Assembly (NCBI GenBank): GCA_026395055.1
Contig: JAPLZK010000003.1
Location: forward strand, 35,855-99,854
Reading direction: 5' to 3'
DNA: 64,000 nucleotides
Source: Candidatus Uhrbacteria bacterium
Lineage (GTDB): Bacteria; Patescibacteriota; Patescibacteriia; UBA9934; GWF2-40-263
Under the pieces are notes generated by a model that ran no database searches, was not told the DNA's origin, and was given only the letters and a program-made list of their open reading frames with translations. The first letter of the stretch is position 1, and every line of letters begins with the position of its first letter. Position numbers and translations under genes: made by a program. This document shows positions 30,595 through 40,568 of the stretch, in pieces.

Positions 30595-31719
30595 ATGATG
30601 TTGACCGAGAAAGATCGTAAGAATGCTCCACACAACAGTCATGGTGGCTTGACCCTTGTTCCCATGCCGGGATTTGAGGTGCTCGCAACCGAGCTCAAGA
30701 CGTTGATCGAAGAGAAACACCTATCAAAGGAATCATTACGCGCCAGGAACAAATCGAAATCAAAAAAGATTACGCCTGTCGACATTGCCATTCCATTTTT
30801 CGGTGAACGTCCAAGTGGCGAGCCGTACGTTCAGCTTGGAAAAGATCACATCGGTGGACACGACTGCTTTATTCTCACGAGCGGTCCTGGGACCTGTGAG
30901 ATGACGATGCGGTTGATTTACCTCGTCGGATATCTCGCTTCGCGCAAAGCGGACCGTATCACCATCGTGAGTGGGTATTTTCCGCTCGGACGATCCGACA
31001 AAGATGAGGGTGATAAAGAACTGGCGATGCCGCCGTTTCTCATCCAAGCTATCAAGGGGGTTGATGAAACCAAATTGCTTCATCGCATCATTGCGGCTGA
31101 TCCTCACTCGGATCAAGTGGTGATGGCCGGTGGACGCGGTGGACTTATCACGCCTATTTATCTCACGCAGCTCATTTTGGAGAACGTGGTAAAGCAAGCG
31201 TTGAACGTGTCCGACAAAATCTGTTTGGCATTTCCAGACGATACCGCGGCGAAGCGATTTGAAAAAGTCCTCGCTCCCGTGGAAGAAAAATTGGGAATCA
31301 CGTTTGCGGTCGTTTCGACAGCTGCACGACGTAAATCTGGTAGTGTAAAAAATGTGAAGTACATCGTCGGCGATACAGATCAGATGAAAGACGCACTCGT
31401 TCTTTCTCTCGATGATGAAATCGCAACAGGAACAACGAACATCAACGCTGCGTTGCGGTTCGTGAATGATTTTGGCGCGAAGGAAGTTTGGGCAATCGCA
31501 ACACATGGCGTGCTTTGCGGTGATGCTGTTTCCAGATTTCTGAGTCCCACAAGCCCGATCAAACGGGTCATCATCACGAACACTATTCCGGTCGAATCTC
31601 GACCAGAACTCCAGCCGCTCATTGACGCAGGGATCCTTTCCGTTATCACGTGGACAGAAGAGCTGTCGCTCATCTTGTACTATGATCACTGGAACATGAA
31701 CATTCGAGAGACCCGCTAA
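30595..31719 (+). CDS. prs: Ribose-phosphate pyrophosphokinase (divergent)
   Basis: F..R.SGE, YFP..RSDK, DPHS.Q, PD..A.KR, LDDEIATGTT, ATHGVL. Confidence 0.82.
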   Translation: MMLTEKDRKNAPHNSHGGLTLVPMPGFEVLATELKTLIEEKHLSKESLRARNKSKSKKITPVDIAIPFFGERPSGEPYVQLGKDHIGGHDCFILTSGPGTCEMTMRLIYLVGYLASRKADRITIVSGYFPLGRSDKDEGDKELAMPPFLIQAIKGVDETKLLHRIIAADPHSDQVVMAGGRGGLITPIYLTQLILENVVKQALNVSDKICLAFPDDTAAKRFEKVLAPVEEKLGITFAVVSTAARRKSGSVKNVKYIVGDTDQMKDALVLSLDDEIATGTTNINAALRFVNDFGAKEVWAIATHGVLCGDAVSRFLSPTSPIKRVIITNTIPVESRPELQPLIDAGILSVITWTEELSLILYYDHWNMNIRETR

Positions 31720-31787
31720 CCGTCGTCTTCCTAGACGCGGTTTTTTTATTGGGCAAAGAAAAAAAGCGCGTTGGCGCTTTGAGGGAA

Positions 31788-32204
31788 CTATCGAGGGGGA
31801 GTGGAGTCTTCTACGATTTCAAGGAAGGAAAAGGTTTTGCCAGAAAAGGCGTAACCCATCATGACGTCATCCATGCGGTCCGTGTAAGGAAACCCTTGGA
31901 TGCTGAGAAACGTTTGCACGCCCTCCGGTTTGAAACGGACCAACTTTTGATTGATGATCTTCGCTTCGCTCCGAATTTCAACCTTGATTGGGAGTGTACT
32001 GATGGATCGCTCAAACACGAGTGGGTGGGTGATGTGCCAACCTGGCGCGGTCGTGGTCGTCATCTTTCCTGTGACCGTGTCATAGAAGATGCCGATCTCG
32101 TTTGCGCCAACATGGCTCACATCCAACGTGTAAAAAAGACCGAGAAGAATGGACACGATGGTAATGAGATCTGTGAAACAGAAAGAATACGCAGAAGATT
32201 TCAT
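31788..32204 (-). CDS. Membrane-anchored protein with SPFH/band-7-like N-terminus
   Basis: GGAGG SD; TM then HV..NEIGI.....G......PGWH. Confidence 0.5.
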   Translation of the reverse strand: MKSSAYSFCFTDLITIVSILLGLFYTLDVSHVGANEIGIFYDTVTGKMTTTTAPGWHITHPLVFERSISTLPIKVEIRSEAKIINQKLVRFKPEGVQTFLSIQGFPYTDRMDDVMMGYAFSGKTFSFLEIVEDSTPPR

Positions 32205-32221
32205 GGGACCCTCCTTTTTTC

Positions 32222-32488
32222 TCATTGTAGGATGTACGTGTGGAACCAATGGGAAATTTCTGCAGACTTGTTATTCCACAGATACACTCCCCACATCAGC
32301 ACATTGCCGATTGTGGCCAAGACGACAAAGTAGATCGTGAAAAGAACGGCGATTTCTTTCAGGGTCCTCGCCATGTAGATGCCTTGCGTAATGCAGGCAA
32401 TCGAGATGAGCATGAGAATCGTTCCTTGCAGATAAGATCCTGCAAGAATGCTCAGAATCAAAATGAGTGCAATGACAACGGCCGGCAT
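32222..32488 (-). CDS. Small membrane protein
   Basis: AGGAGG SD, three hydrophobic segments. Confidence 0.55.
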   Translation of the reverse strand: MPAVVIALILILSILAGSYLQGTILMLISIACITQGIYMARTLKEIAVLFTIYFVVLATIGNVLMWGVYLWNNKSAEISHWFHTYILQ

Positions 32489-32594
32489 ATTGCTCCTCCT
32501 TGGTTTCGTAAAACCAAACAAACACCAGTCGATTATTTGGGATCTGTCAACCCATCCTGTATGATAATGGAAATAATCGCTCATATTTTTTTCT

Positions 32595-32816
32595 ATGAAA
32601 CTTTTTGCACGTAAGCCATCTTTTCTAAAAGTTCTGCGAGAAAGTTTGATGGTACTTATTGCGGCCGTTCTTATCTGGCGGGGGATTTGGGTTCTCTTGG
32701 ATAAATTTGATGAACACTACATGCATGGCAGTCACGTTTGGTCTGCTCTCGCAGGAATTATTGTTGGATGTGCGATGGTATTTTTTGCGGATCGTGATTT
32801 GGAGGATTTGGTGTAG
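32595..32816 (+). CDS. Small membrane protein
   Basis: Two TMs, IWRGIW.LLD motif. Confidence 0.65.
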   Translation: MKLFARKPSFLKVLRESLMVLIAAVLIWRGIWVLLDKFDEHYMHGSHVWSALAGIIVGCAMVFFADRDLEDLV

Positions 32817-32942
32817 AAGGGAAGTTCGTTTGGTCGCAATAAATCCCAGATTCGAATGGGATTTTTTTATTTGATATGAATCTGTACACCTATTTTCATT
32901 TGTGCTAGCGTTATTTTAGGTTCTTTACAACGGAGGTGATTC

Positions 32943-33608
32943 GTGAAAAATCAACCTGTTTTGCTTACGCGTCGATCCGTTCTTCGCATGGTTCCTCTTG
33001 GTGTTGCCGGAACAATCTTGCTTCGTCCGAAGCCAGCAGAAGCCAATATCATCATTGCCATCTTCGAAGTTGGTAGTTATGGAATGGGATCTTTGCTTGG
33101 CGCGGGTCTTGTCATGGGACTGCTCGCTGTCGGAGCGGTGCAGGCCATTGATTATGGTTTGCATGCCGTTTTCGGTAGCGGATCATCTGGATCTGGTGGT
33201 GGAGGTAGTTCATCGCAATATTCCGCTAGCTATCCGAGTGGATGGAAAGCATACACGCCGCCCAAACCGATTGAGATTCGTATCTCCTTCAATCCAACGG
33301 ACAGAATTGCCGGAGATGTGTTGCGGATACGCGCTATCGAACACAACATTCTCAAGAATGACGGCATTGTTCTCCCGCATGGCGGAAGACTCATGATCGA
33401 AGAAGATGGGACGATGCGTTTCGCGGATACAAAATTTCGCGGATACGCGCGTATGCAAAACAATGGTGACTTGTCCGTTTGGACACCGGAACATCAGCAC
33501 GTCCTTTCGCGATCTCCGCGTGAGGGCAAATTTCACAACCTTCATCATGATTCAGACGGCGGTCGAATCGCCCTGACTTCATTGCTGGGAGAGATCAAAC
33601 ATGCGTAG
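32943..33608 (+). CDS. Hypothetical protein with twin-arginine-like signal
   Basis: GGAGGTG SD; LTRRSVL, h-region, AEA; Gly/Ser linker. Confidence 0.6.
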   Translation: MKNQPVLLTRRSVLRMVPLGVAGTILLRPKPAEANIIIAIFEVGSYGMGSLLGAGLVMGLLAVGAVQAIDYGLHAVFGSGSSGSGGGGSSSQYSASYPSGWKAYTPPKPIEIRISFNPTDRIAGDVLRIRAIEHNILKNDGIVLPHGGRLMIEEDGTMRFADTKFRGYARMQNNGDLSVWTPEHQHVLSRSPREGKFHNLHHDSDGGRIALTSLLGEIKHA

Positions 33609-34401
33609 GAATACACGTTCGATCTGTCTTGTGTTCATGGCAGGTGTTCTCGCAACCTCATTCGTTGAGGCACAAGAAAAACCGACCATAGACAAATTGC
33701 AAACGGAAGAGCGCAAAGAAACGGTCAAGACGCTTCAAGCATTCATGCATCAAATCTGGGATCTGGATCGAGATGTGCAAGACAAGCTCTTGCGTGCACG
33801 CTTCTTGAATGCAAGTCTCACGTTCGCTTTCGCTGATGCGAAGAAACTCCAAAATGACGAATGGGCGGGTGGAGGAGATGCAAAAAGCGATCTTGAAACA
33901 GGAGAAAAATGGTGGACACTCACAAGCACTGTTGTGCACTGCACGGACAGAAGCTGGTCTTCTGAGAATGGTGGCACAAAAAGCTGCCATTCCTATCTAG
34001 ACTCAAAGCTTGTTGTTGATGTTTGGCCGGATGCCGACATGCTTGATTGGATGAAAAAGCGCGATGAGTACACGGGCTATTCGAAGGATGAGATAGGAGA
34101 TGACGCCCTCACCCTAGATTTATCTGGGAAAATTTATAACGTTCGACTGAAGATTACGAGCAACTGTGATGACGCAGATTTTGAGGGTTGTAGACCAAAT
34201 GCAAGAACGTTGACGCTTACCGTTACTATGCATTCAATCACACCGACAGAATTCAAAATCGACACGGCTCGGAATTCGTTCCTTCACGGAACGGTACGCG
34301 TCCTTGCAAATTATCTTATGGATGCAACCACCAAATGGGTGAATTACTTGATGGGAAAAGGGAATCGGCCTGACCGGATCTTTTCAAAAGAGAAACCTTA
34401 G
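33601..34401 (+). CDS. Hypothetical secreted protein
   Basis: Signal peptide ending VEA-Q; overlaps the previous gene. Confidence 0.6.
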   Translation: MRRNTRSICLVFMAGVLATSFVEAQEKPTIDKLQTEERKETVKTLQAFMHQIWDLDRDVQDKLLRARFLNASLTFAFADAKKLQNDEWAGGGDAKSDLETGEKWWTLTSTVVHCTDRSWSSENGGTKSCHSYLDSKLVVDVWPDADMLDWMKKRDEYTGYSKDEIGDDALTLDLSGKIYNVRLKITSNCDDADFEGCRPNARTLTLTVTMHSITPTEFKIDTARNSFLHGTVRVLANYLMDATTKWVNYLMGKGNRPDRIFSKEKP

Positions 34402-34521
34402 CCTTGTTCCTGAACAAAGAAAACCTTGAGCGATTGCTCGGTTCGATTTGTTCAGGATTTTTTATTTTGTTCTAAACAAAAAGATCCGAATAAAATCGGA
34501 TCTTTTCTTTCTAAGTAAAAA

Positions 34522-34980
34522 TTACTTTGTTGCTTTTGCAGCTGTCTTACATGTTTTTTCTGTCGTAAGTGCTGTTTTCTTTGTTGAAGACTTTAACGCC
34601 AATGCTGCTTTCTTTGCTTCAGCTCTTGATGTGAACGCCGCTTTTTTTGCATCTGTCTTTGCTTTCATGGCATCTGCCATTGCTGTTTTCTTTGCAACTT
34701 TGTCTGTTAATGCTTTTGCATTTGTGACAGCTGATTTATATGTTGTGTCTGCTGCTTTTATTGCGTCTGTGTAAGCCGTGTTTGTTACCTTTACTGTGTC
34801 TGCATATGTTGTACTTGCTGCCTTAACAGCGTCTGTGTATGTAGCTGTACATGCAGCAACGGCTGGATTTGGTGCTGCCTTTGTTTTTGCTGGAGCGCCT
34901 GTTGCAGCAAAAGTGGCAAGAGGGAGAATAAGAGCTGTTGTGACCGCGGAAAGCAGCGCGAATTTGATCTTGTTGTTCAT
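34522..34980 (-). CDS. Secreted Ala/Lys/Thr-rich helical repeat protein
   Basis: Signal peptide; 11-residue periodicity (YTDAVK / YADTVK / YTDAIK / YKSAVT). Confidence 0.7.
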   Translation of the reverse strand: MNNKIKFALLSAVTTALILPLATFAATGAPAKTKAAPNPAVAACTATYTDAVKAASTTYADTVKVTNTAYTDAIKAADTTYKSAVTNAKALTDKVAKKTAMADAMKAKTDAKKAAFTSRAEAKKAALALKSSTKKTALTTEKTCKTAAKATK

Positions 34981-35154
34981 ACAATTTTATGAATAATGAA
35001 TATGCATAAGTATATCAGGTATTCAAATGCAGGAAGTGCAACGTTTTTTATTCTAAAAAAACGTTTAAATTAAGCTATTTTATATAGATAAAGTAAAAAT
35101 GCTGTGTTGGCATTTTTTTTCATTCATTAGGAACAGAATGCTTTTATGCGTGTA

Positions 35155-35469
35155 TTAAAGCAGAGACATCGCCTTCTGAAATTCTTCCTCTGTTGCGAGC
35201 GGGCCTTCTAAACGACCAAATGGATGTGATTGCCAGTACGGCAAGGTATTCATGTTCTTTCTTGTTAAGCGTTCTGCAAGATCCTGATCTCCATGAGTAA
35301 CTTCTGAAAGAAAAAATTGTACTCCACCTTCAAAAATTTCTTCTCCAGGTTTGATGGCCCCTTCATGTGAATCGAACACACACACAAATCCTTCTGGGGT
35401 TTCAAATGCAATGTCGTTTGTATGAGCGCCTTCAAGCGGCATGCCACAGGTCATACAGGATTTCATCAT
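35155..35469 (-). CDS. Zinc-ribbon-like hypothetical protein
   Basis: CMTCGMPL N-terminus, M..LPYW. Confidence 0.6.
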   Translation of the reverse strand: MMKSCMTCGMPLEGAHTNDIAFETPEGFVCVFDSHEGAIKPGEEIFEGGVQFFLSEVTHGDQDLAERLTRKNMNTLPYWQSHPFGRLEGPLATEEEFQKAMSLL

Positions 35470-35474
35470 ACGTG

Positions 35475-35888
35475 TTATTTCCAGATACTAAGGATGATTC
35501 CCATTGCACCGAGTTGAAGAAGTGTGCTGCCGCATTCGAATAACCAAAGTTTTATATTTCGTTTCATCCAGATCACTTCATTCGAAGAAGAAGTCACGAT
35601 AAATCCAATCCACATCCATGCAGCAACAATCAAACCTTTGTACCAAGCAATCTCTCCCATGGCTTGTGAAGAGAAAGCCATCCAGAGAACTCCGGCTAAG
35701 ACAAATGCCGCGACAAGGTTCGCGATAAAGTTCCAGGTCATTTGAGGGATCATGTCGGATAATTTTTCTTTTCCTGTTGGGTGTACGTTTGCTAATTTCA
35801 TCCACGTTTTTCCAAAGAGGGGACCGTGCATTAAAAATCCAATGACAAACATGGTGGCAGCTGCGACGAAGATGGCGTAGAGATTCAT
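35475..35888 (-). CDS. DUF1761-like membrane protein
   Basis: AIFVAA..FVIGF...PLFGK.W, four TMs. Confidence 0.75.
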   Translation of the reverse strand: MNLYAIFVAAATMFVIGFLMHGPLFGKTWMKLANVHPTGKEKLSDMIPQMTWNFIANLVAAFVLAGVLWMAFSSQAMGEIAWYKGLIVAAWMWIGFIVTSSSNEVIWMKRNIKLWLFECGSTLLQLGAMGIILSIWK

Positions 35889-35897
35889 AACGTGGGA

Positions 35898-36263
35898 TTA
35901 AAAGCTAAATAAGAGATATGAAGAGCGTTTTGATTTACCAAGGAGATCATGCATCAAGGATGCAAGAAGAGACCAGTAAAGAGCGAAGCCGAATCCGATG
36001 AAGGGAGGTGGTGGGTCATAGTCCGGTGCCTGTCTCAAATATTTGATCATGGGCAACAGTGGTCCGATCAAAATTATTTTAATCGGCAAAATGATTATGG
36101 ATACCGTATTTTTCCAAGCGACGGGTGATCCCAAACCTAGAAATGATTCTCCGTGCGCGGGAAAGCCCCTGACTTCTGATCCTAAAATCGAGTTCGTGAT
36201 GAACTGAAAAGTGAATGCGGAAATGAGAAAGAGAATGATGAATTTCTTTCTTGAAATATTCAT
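35898..36263 (-). CDS. Hypothetical membrane protein
   Basis: 121-aa ORF, DPPPPF motif, hydrophobic segments. Confidence 0.55.
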   Translation of the reverse strand: MNISRKKFIILFLISAFTFQFITNSILGSEVRGFPAHGESFLGLGSPVAWKNTVSIIILPIKIILIGPLLPMIKYLRQAPDYDPPPPFIGFGFALYWSLLASLMHDLLGKSKRSSYLLFSF

Positions 36264-36411
36264 ATCTATCCAACGTTAGGATGTGACTTGTGGGGTAAGT
36301 ATACCAGTTTCCATCCTCGTTTGGGTATGATAATAATTTTGAACAAACCATTGGTTTTTTTGTACGGCTCCGATGCGGCTTCTCGAAACGCTTAATGTAT
36401 TAGCAAATAAA

Positions 36412-37008
36412 TTAAATCATTTCCATTCTATAATCCACATCTGTCATTTTAACGTAATGAAATTTGTCTCCGTACGTTTCCATAACGGAATCATTCTCTT
36501 TTGCGTGCAATGGATAATGTGGCAACACGATATAATCAACGAGACCAAAACACGTTGGGTCAGATAAAACGAAACCGGCAGGTAATTCAACAGAGTCTTC
36601 TTCGACAAACGGTTCTGCGCTTGGACCCGCAAGAAGAGATCCGGCACTTGAACCGATATACATTTTCCCTTGATGTAAAAGTGAACGAATAATGTTATGC
36701 AATCCGGAACGATGAGATTGTTCTGTGAGATATGTCGTATTTCCACCTGCGACAAAAATAATGTCGGCCGAGGCTAAATCTTTTTTCAACTCTTCTTCAT
36801 TTCTATTTTCCAAATCAACATCTGTAACCTCGTACCCAAGTCCAACCAAAGCTTCTCGATCTTTTTCAACCCACGGATGTTCTGTATATGGATTTGAAGC
36901 GGTAGGGATAAACGCAACAAGGGCGTGTTTCGGCAATAGCGCATTGTCAAAAAGTTTCTTTGCGATTGTATTAAAGCTCGAGGTGAGAATGAGATTTGGG
37001 ATTGACAT
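36412..37008 (-). CDS. Peptidase S51 (peptidase E) family
   Basis: FIPTAS, FVAGGNT, GSSAGS, LPHY. Confidence 0.88.
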   Translation of the reverse strand: MSIPNLILTSSFNTIAKKLFDNALLPKHALVAFIPTASNPYTEHPWVEKDREALVGLGYEVTDVDLENRNEEELKKDLASADIIFVAGGNTTYLTEQSHRSGLHNIIRSLLHQGKMYIGSSAGSLLAGPSAEPFVEEDSVELPAGFVLSDPTCFGLVDYIVLPHYPLHAKENDSVMETYGDKFHYVKMTDVDYRMEMI

Positions 37009-37055
37009 AGGATTCTAGTATAGCAAAAAAACGCAGGGGTGTTTCATTGTGTTTA

Positions 37056-37233
37056 GAGGGTGGGGGATTGCCACGCTCTCGAAAGCCAATGGCCGATCAG
37101 GGCTTTCTCCGCTCGGCAAATCCCCACCCTCGCAAATTGTCGCGATGGTCGATAGACGACAATTTGAACAAACCTTCGGTTTGCGAGCCATACAAAAAAC
37201 TCTAGTCGAAACTAGAGTTTTTTGTATGGCTCG
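37056..37233. repeat. Hairpin cluster derived from the tRNA-Asn 3' end
   Basis: Perfect 23-bp stem with 4-nt loop at 37184-37233; ATCCCCACCCTCG (37120-37132) and GAGCCA (37185-37190) match the tRNA-Asn 3' end. Confidence 0.75.
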
Positions 37234-37293
37234 GAGTCCGGGAACAAGTGACAACCGTAATTGAAAGGAGTTTATCGACCGCTAATGATGCCC
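37226..37293 (+). repeat. 68-bp direct repeat, copy 1 (att-like)
   Basis: ATGGCTCGGAGTCC...GCTAATGATGCCC identical to 42289-42356. Confidence 0.95.
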
Positions 37294-37417
37294 TGCCCAT
37301 CGTTGCGCTTTCCCGGGAAGGCGAAGAAGAGTGCGGGAGATTGCACCACGCGCGAATCCTGAGTGGGTATCTCTGGCTCAGTGGTCACAAAAAGACCTCT
37401 GATGGGGGATATCTGAC

Positions 37418-37639
37418 ATGAAGCTTTACGTGCCGTTCGCTACCTTTGCGACAACCGCATTTGTCTCGTTTCTTTTTTCGTCGTACATCCTTATCTACTA
37501 CGTTGTCCCTGCGCATGATTTGGAAGTAATCATGAAGGCTTCAACCGCCAGTGTCGTATTCGCACTCTTCGGCGTTGCCGTCGTCGGAATGACGAAATGG
37601 ACCCGTATTCCGGTACTTCCCCGAATGCTGAAACTCTAG
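37418..37639 (+). CDS. Small two-TM protein
   Basis: GGGGG SD-like run; 73 aa, hydrophobic. Confidence 0.5.
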   Translation: MKLYVPFATFATTAFVSFLFSSYILIYYVVPAHDLEVIMKASTASVVFALFGVAVVGMTKWTRIPVLPRMLKL

Positions 37640-37861
37640 AAAGAGCGCATTCTTCAGGCTCCACCCAATCTGGCAAGATTGGGTGTTTTTGTTGCATCTG
37701 AGCTTTCGGTCTAGAGGCTACACAACAAATTTGCCGAAGCTACTGTTCCGCAAAGAATCCCCACGTATTCACTCAGTCGAACTTGGCGATAGGGGTCCTT
37801 GTGGCCGTGCCCTTGGAGGTGGTGTTCTATCCGTCGGAGCCCCGGCCGGCCCGGTCGGCGA

Positions 37862-38539
37862 ATGACATATTGTATCGCTATTCAGCGTTCCTCGGAACTT
37901 CTCGTCGTCAAGTTCCATCGATACTCGAAAAGCAGCAAACGTGCCAAACACGAGTGCTACTACGGCCCCCAAGAGGGCCACGTAGACGGCACATCCCCAC
38001 TTGCGAAGCAGTTGACCCTTGAACCGGAATCGGACTGTCTCATCGGCATCGCAACCGCGCGGCTTGACGCGGTTGACCAGCGGAACCCGAACCAGACCTT
38101 GACTCTCGCCACGCCGTACTTGCTGCAGGAAACGGCGATGGCGCATCAACGCGATTTGCCCTTTATCATCTTCAAGGCCGAAGGCGTCCACCTTCAGGGC
38201 GTAACCGCCCGGAACATCTACATCCCGATCCAGAAATCGGTCGGACCATCCGGGGGACTGCTTCTGGCGAGTGGCACTGACCACGCTGTCGCGCGGGCTG
38301 CGCTCGACAACCTGCTGCAGGAAGCTCTGGCGCGCAAGAAGCGGCGCGAAAGCAGTGATTTCTGGAACAAGATGAAGAACCTCGGCCTTGGGATTGCCGC
38401 AGTTGGGGCTGGAATCACGGCACTGGATGTTTACGGTCGGCCAGATTGCTTTGGCGGCTTCTACTACAACGACTCCGAATGCAAAGCCTGCGGGTACCGA
38501 TTGAAATGTAAAGGGAAAAAGGCGGAAGACGGCAGGTAG
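37862..38539 (+). CDS. TIR/nucleoside-deoxyribosyltransferase-like protein with C-terminal hydrophobic helix and 4-Cys motif (N-terminus possibly decayed)
   Basis: SDCLIGIAT.R ... PYLLQE.AMA...LP.IIF; PDCFG.......EC..C....C. Confidence 0.5.
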   Translation: MTYCIAIQRSSELLVVKFHRYSKSSKRAKHECYYGPQEGHVDGTSPLAKQLTLEPESDCLIGIATARLDAVDQRNPNQTLTLATPYLLQETAMAHQRDLPFIIFKAEGVHLQGVTARNIYIPIQKSVGPSGGLLLASGTDHAVARAALDNLLQEALARKKRRESSDFWNKMKNLGLGIAAVGAGITALDVYGRPDCFGGFYYNDSECKACGYRLKCKGKKAEDGR

Positions 38540-38784
38540 CAACACTGCATGAATGGCGCCGGGAGGGGCTGCATACGCAATCGCCGGCGGGAAAGCTATG
38601 GCGTTGGCTCCACGATATGCGAACATTTGCCCGGGGAAATACTGAACGCTTCGGTGTGTACCGGGACTTGACAAGCGATCGGTGTTGATCCAAATCGCAG
38701 TTGCGAGTTGCCAACGGCGGTCGCTGTGGAAAATCTGCTCCACTTCTTTGAAGGATTGCTGTAGAATGTCAAGCGGGGCACTTA

Positions 38785-40257
38785 ATGGAATTCAATGAAA
38801 TTCAAGTTGTTCCCCTGACAACCCAAGGGCAATGGAGCCAACTCAGGACTGCATGTCCGATGTTGACTTCATGGGGGCTGAAATTCCTTCAGCAAGGACT
38901 TGCTGACCATGTGAGAACTGCGGTAGTTGAGCGGCGTTATGTGTGCAAAGACCATCGGAATCTTCATAGCAATTTCTACTCAAAGAAATTCCAGATGCGG
39001 CAAGAGCCGTGCTCTCGCATCCACTTCTTCACCGAGAAGTTAAGTGACGAGTTTGACGTCTATGCTCCAACGGAGGAATTCTCGGCCGGATACGTTGGCT
39101 ACTCGGTCATTCGACCTGTGACGGAACGGTGCATCGGCAGAACGGTTCTTGACCCTTGGCTAATCGGCCGCGGCCCGAGTTCCGGTCACTTCATGCTCAG
39201 AACCGGTTTCAGGTCACATATCAACGGCACGCGCTTCAATGTCAGCGGATTTCCGATGATGTCGCAGGATTCCGAAGCAACGGTTTGTGCGCACTCAGCT
39301 CTTTGGAGCGTTTGTCGGTATCTATCGGAAAGGTACCCAGAGTATCCTGAGATCTATCCCTATGATCTCATTGATATGACGCAGGACGTCTCGCAAGGTC
39401 GACGTGTTCCTTATCGCGGTATGACCTACCGGGACTACGCAACAATCCTAAGTCAATTTGGCTGTCACCCGGTGGTTGTAAAGACTCGGGCAAGCACATT
39501 GGATACTACTTTGATCGAAGAAAAGTACCAGGATCTTTGCACATACGTAGAGTCAGGATTTCCGATTCTAGCAAGTCATCCCCGTCACGTTGTGGTAGCG
39601 ATTGGCCATACTCTCGATAAGTCCGCGACCCCGAAGCCTGATGGCGAGGGTCTCGTGAGCAGTTCAGAGTTTCTAAAGCAGTTCGTAGTAGTTGACGATA
39701 ACGCATTCCCGTATCGGCTGCTCGGTCGAGCCGCCGACCCGATGAACTACAGCAAGAAGTACTCGATCGAAACCATTCATTCGGCGGTTTGCCCGCTACC
39801 AGAGTTGGTGTTCCTTCCCGCAGAGGGTGCACGAAGGGCTGCGAAAAGCATACTGAGGCAGCTCCGAACTGAGTTCGGAGCAGCTCTCCTAGACGGCGAA
39901 GATGAGCCGTTGGTGACGCGACTGTTCTTGACAAACGCCTCTGCACTTCAGCGACGTCGCCGAGAGAAGGCGGGCATTGGTCCCACGTTCGACGAGGCAG
40001 TCTTGATTACGACGCGCATCCAACTTCCGCACTTTGTTTGGGTGATGGAAGTTGGCCCCATGTCGCTGTACAAACAAGGCTACTGCACCGCGGAGATTGT
40101 CCTTGATTCGACAGCGAACGAGCGTGAGGAATGCTTGATCTACGCTAGAGTCGGCTCAAATCTCGTGTGGTCGACGGACGGAGAATCGCTCTCAAAACCA
40201 ATTGTTAACGGCCACAGCCGAATTCATCAATACACCCACAACCTAGGAGAACACTAG
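38785..40257 (+). CDS. Papain-fold (C39-like) peptidase-domain protein
   Basis: SQD....CAH.ALW (Cys), HVVVAIGH (His), VVDDN (Asp); N-terminal Y.GY.VIRP....IGRT domain. Confidence 0.65.
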   Translation: MEFNEIQVVPLTTQGQWSQLRTACPMLTSWGLKFLQQGLADHVRTAVVERRYVCKDHRNLHSNFYSKKFQMRQEPCSRIHFFTEKLSDEFDVYAPTEEFSAGYVGYSVIRPVTERCIGRTVLDPWLIGRGPSSGHFMLRTGFRSHINGTRFNVSGFPMMSQDSEATVCAHSALWSVCRYLSERYPEYPEIYPYDLIDMTQDVSQGRRVPYRGMTYRDYATILSQFGCHPVVVKTRASTLDTTLIEEKYQDLCTYVESGFPILASHPRHVVVAIGHTLDKSATPKPDGEGLVSSSEFLKQFVVVDDNAFPYRLLGRAADPMNYSKKYSIETIHSAVCPLPELVFLPAEGARRAAKSILRQLRTEFGAALLDGEDEPLVTRLFLTNASALQRRRREKAGIGPTFDEAVLITTRIQLPHFVWVMEVGPMSLYKQGYCTAEIVLDSTANEREECLIYARVGSNLVWSTDGESLSKPIVNGHSRIHQYTHNLGEH

Positions 40258-40476
40258 ATGGAAAAAAAGCCTGGCGTCGCGACTAATCCACCTGTGCGCC
40301 GCTCGCTGCCGAATCTCAAGGAGTTCGTCGCCGACGCGAAGAGTACCCCCATTCTTGCGAATGCAATTGCAGAACTGCGAGCGCTCGATGAAGAGGAAGG
40401 TACGACCCCCGTTCAACGCTACAACACTGACTGGGCGATTCTCGCTAATGAAATTGTTGGCCAAGAGACGGTATAA
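40258..40476 (+). CDS. Small hypothetical protein coupled to the peptidase gene
   Basis: TAG-ATG abutment, AGGAG SD, terminator at ~40505-40532. Confidence 0.65.
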   Translation: MEKKPGVATNPPVRRSLPNLKEFVADAKSTPILANAIAELRALDEEEGTTPVQRYNTDWAILANEIVGQETV

Positions 40477-40568
40477 CTGAATCGAAGCCACACAACCGGA
40501 CTCAACCGACTCGTGGAGAGGTCGGTTTTTTTGCTGGCGTCGATCGAAAAGTCAATAGTCACGCGCCG

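Noticed and set aside
30760-31689. Long antisense ORFs (also 37769-38743, 8945-9685, 61730-62455)
   Set aside because: Shadows of well-supported genes on the opposite strand
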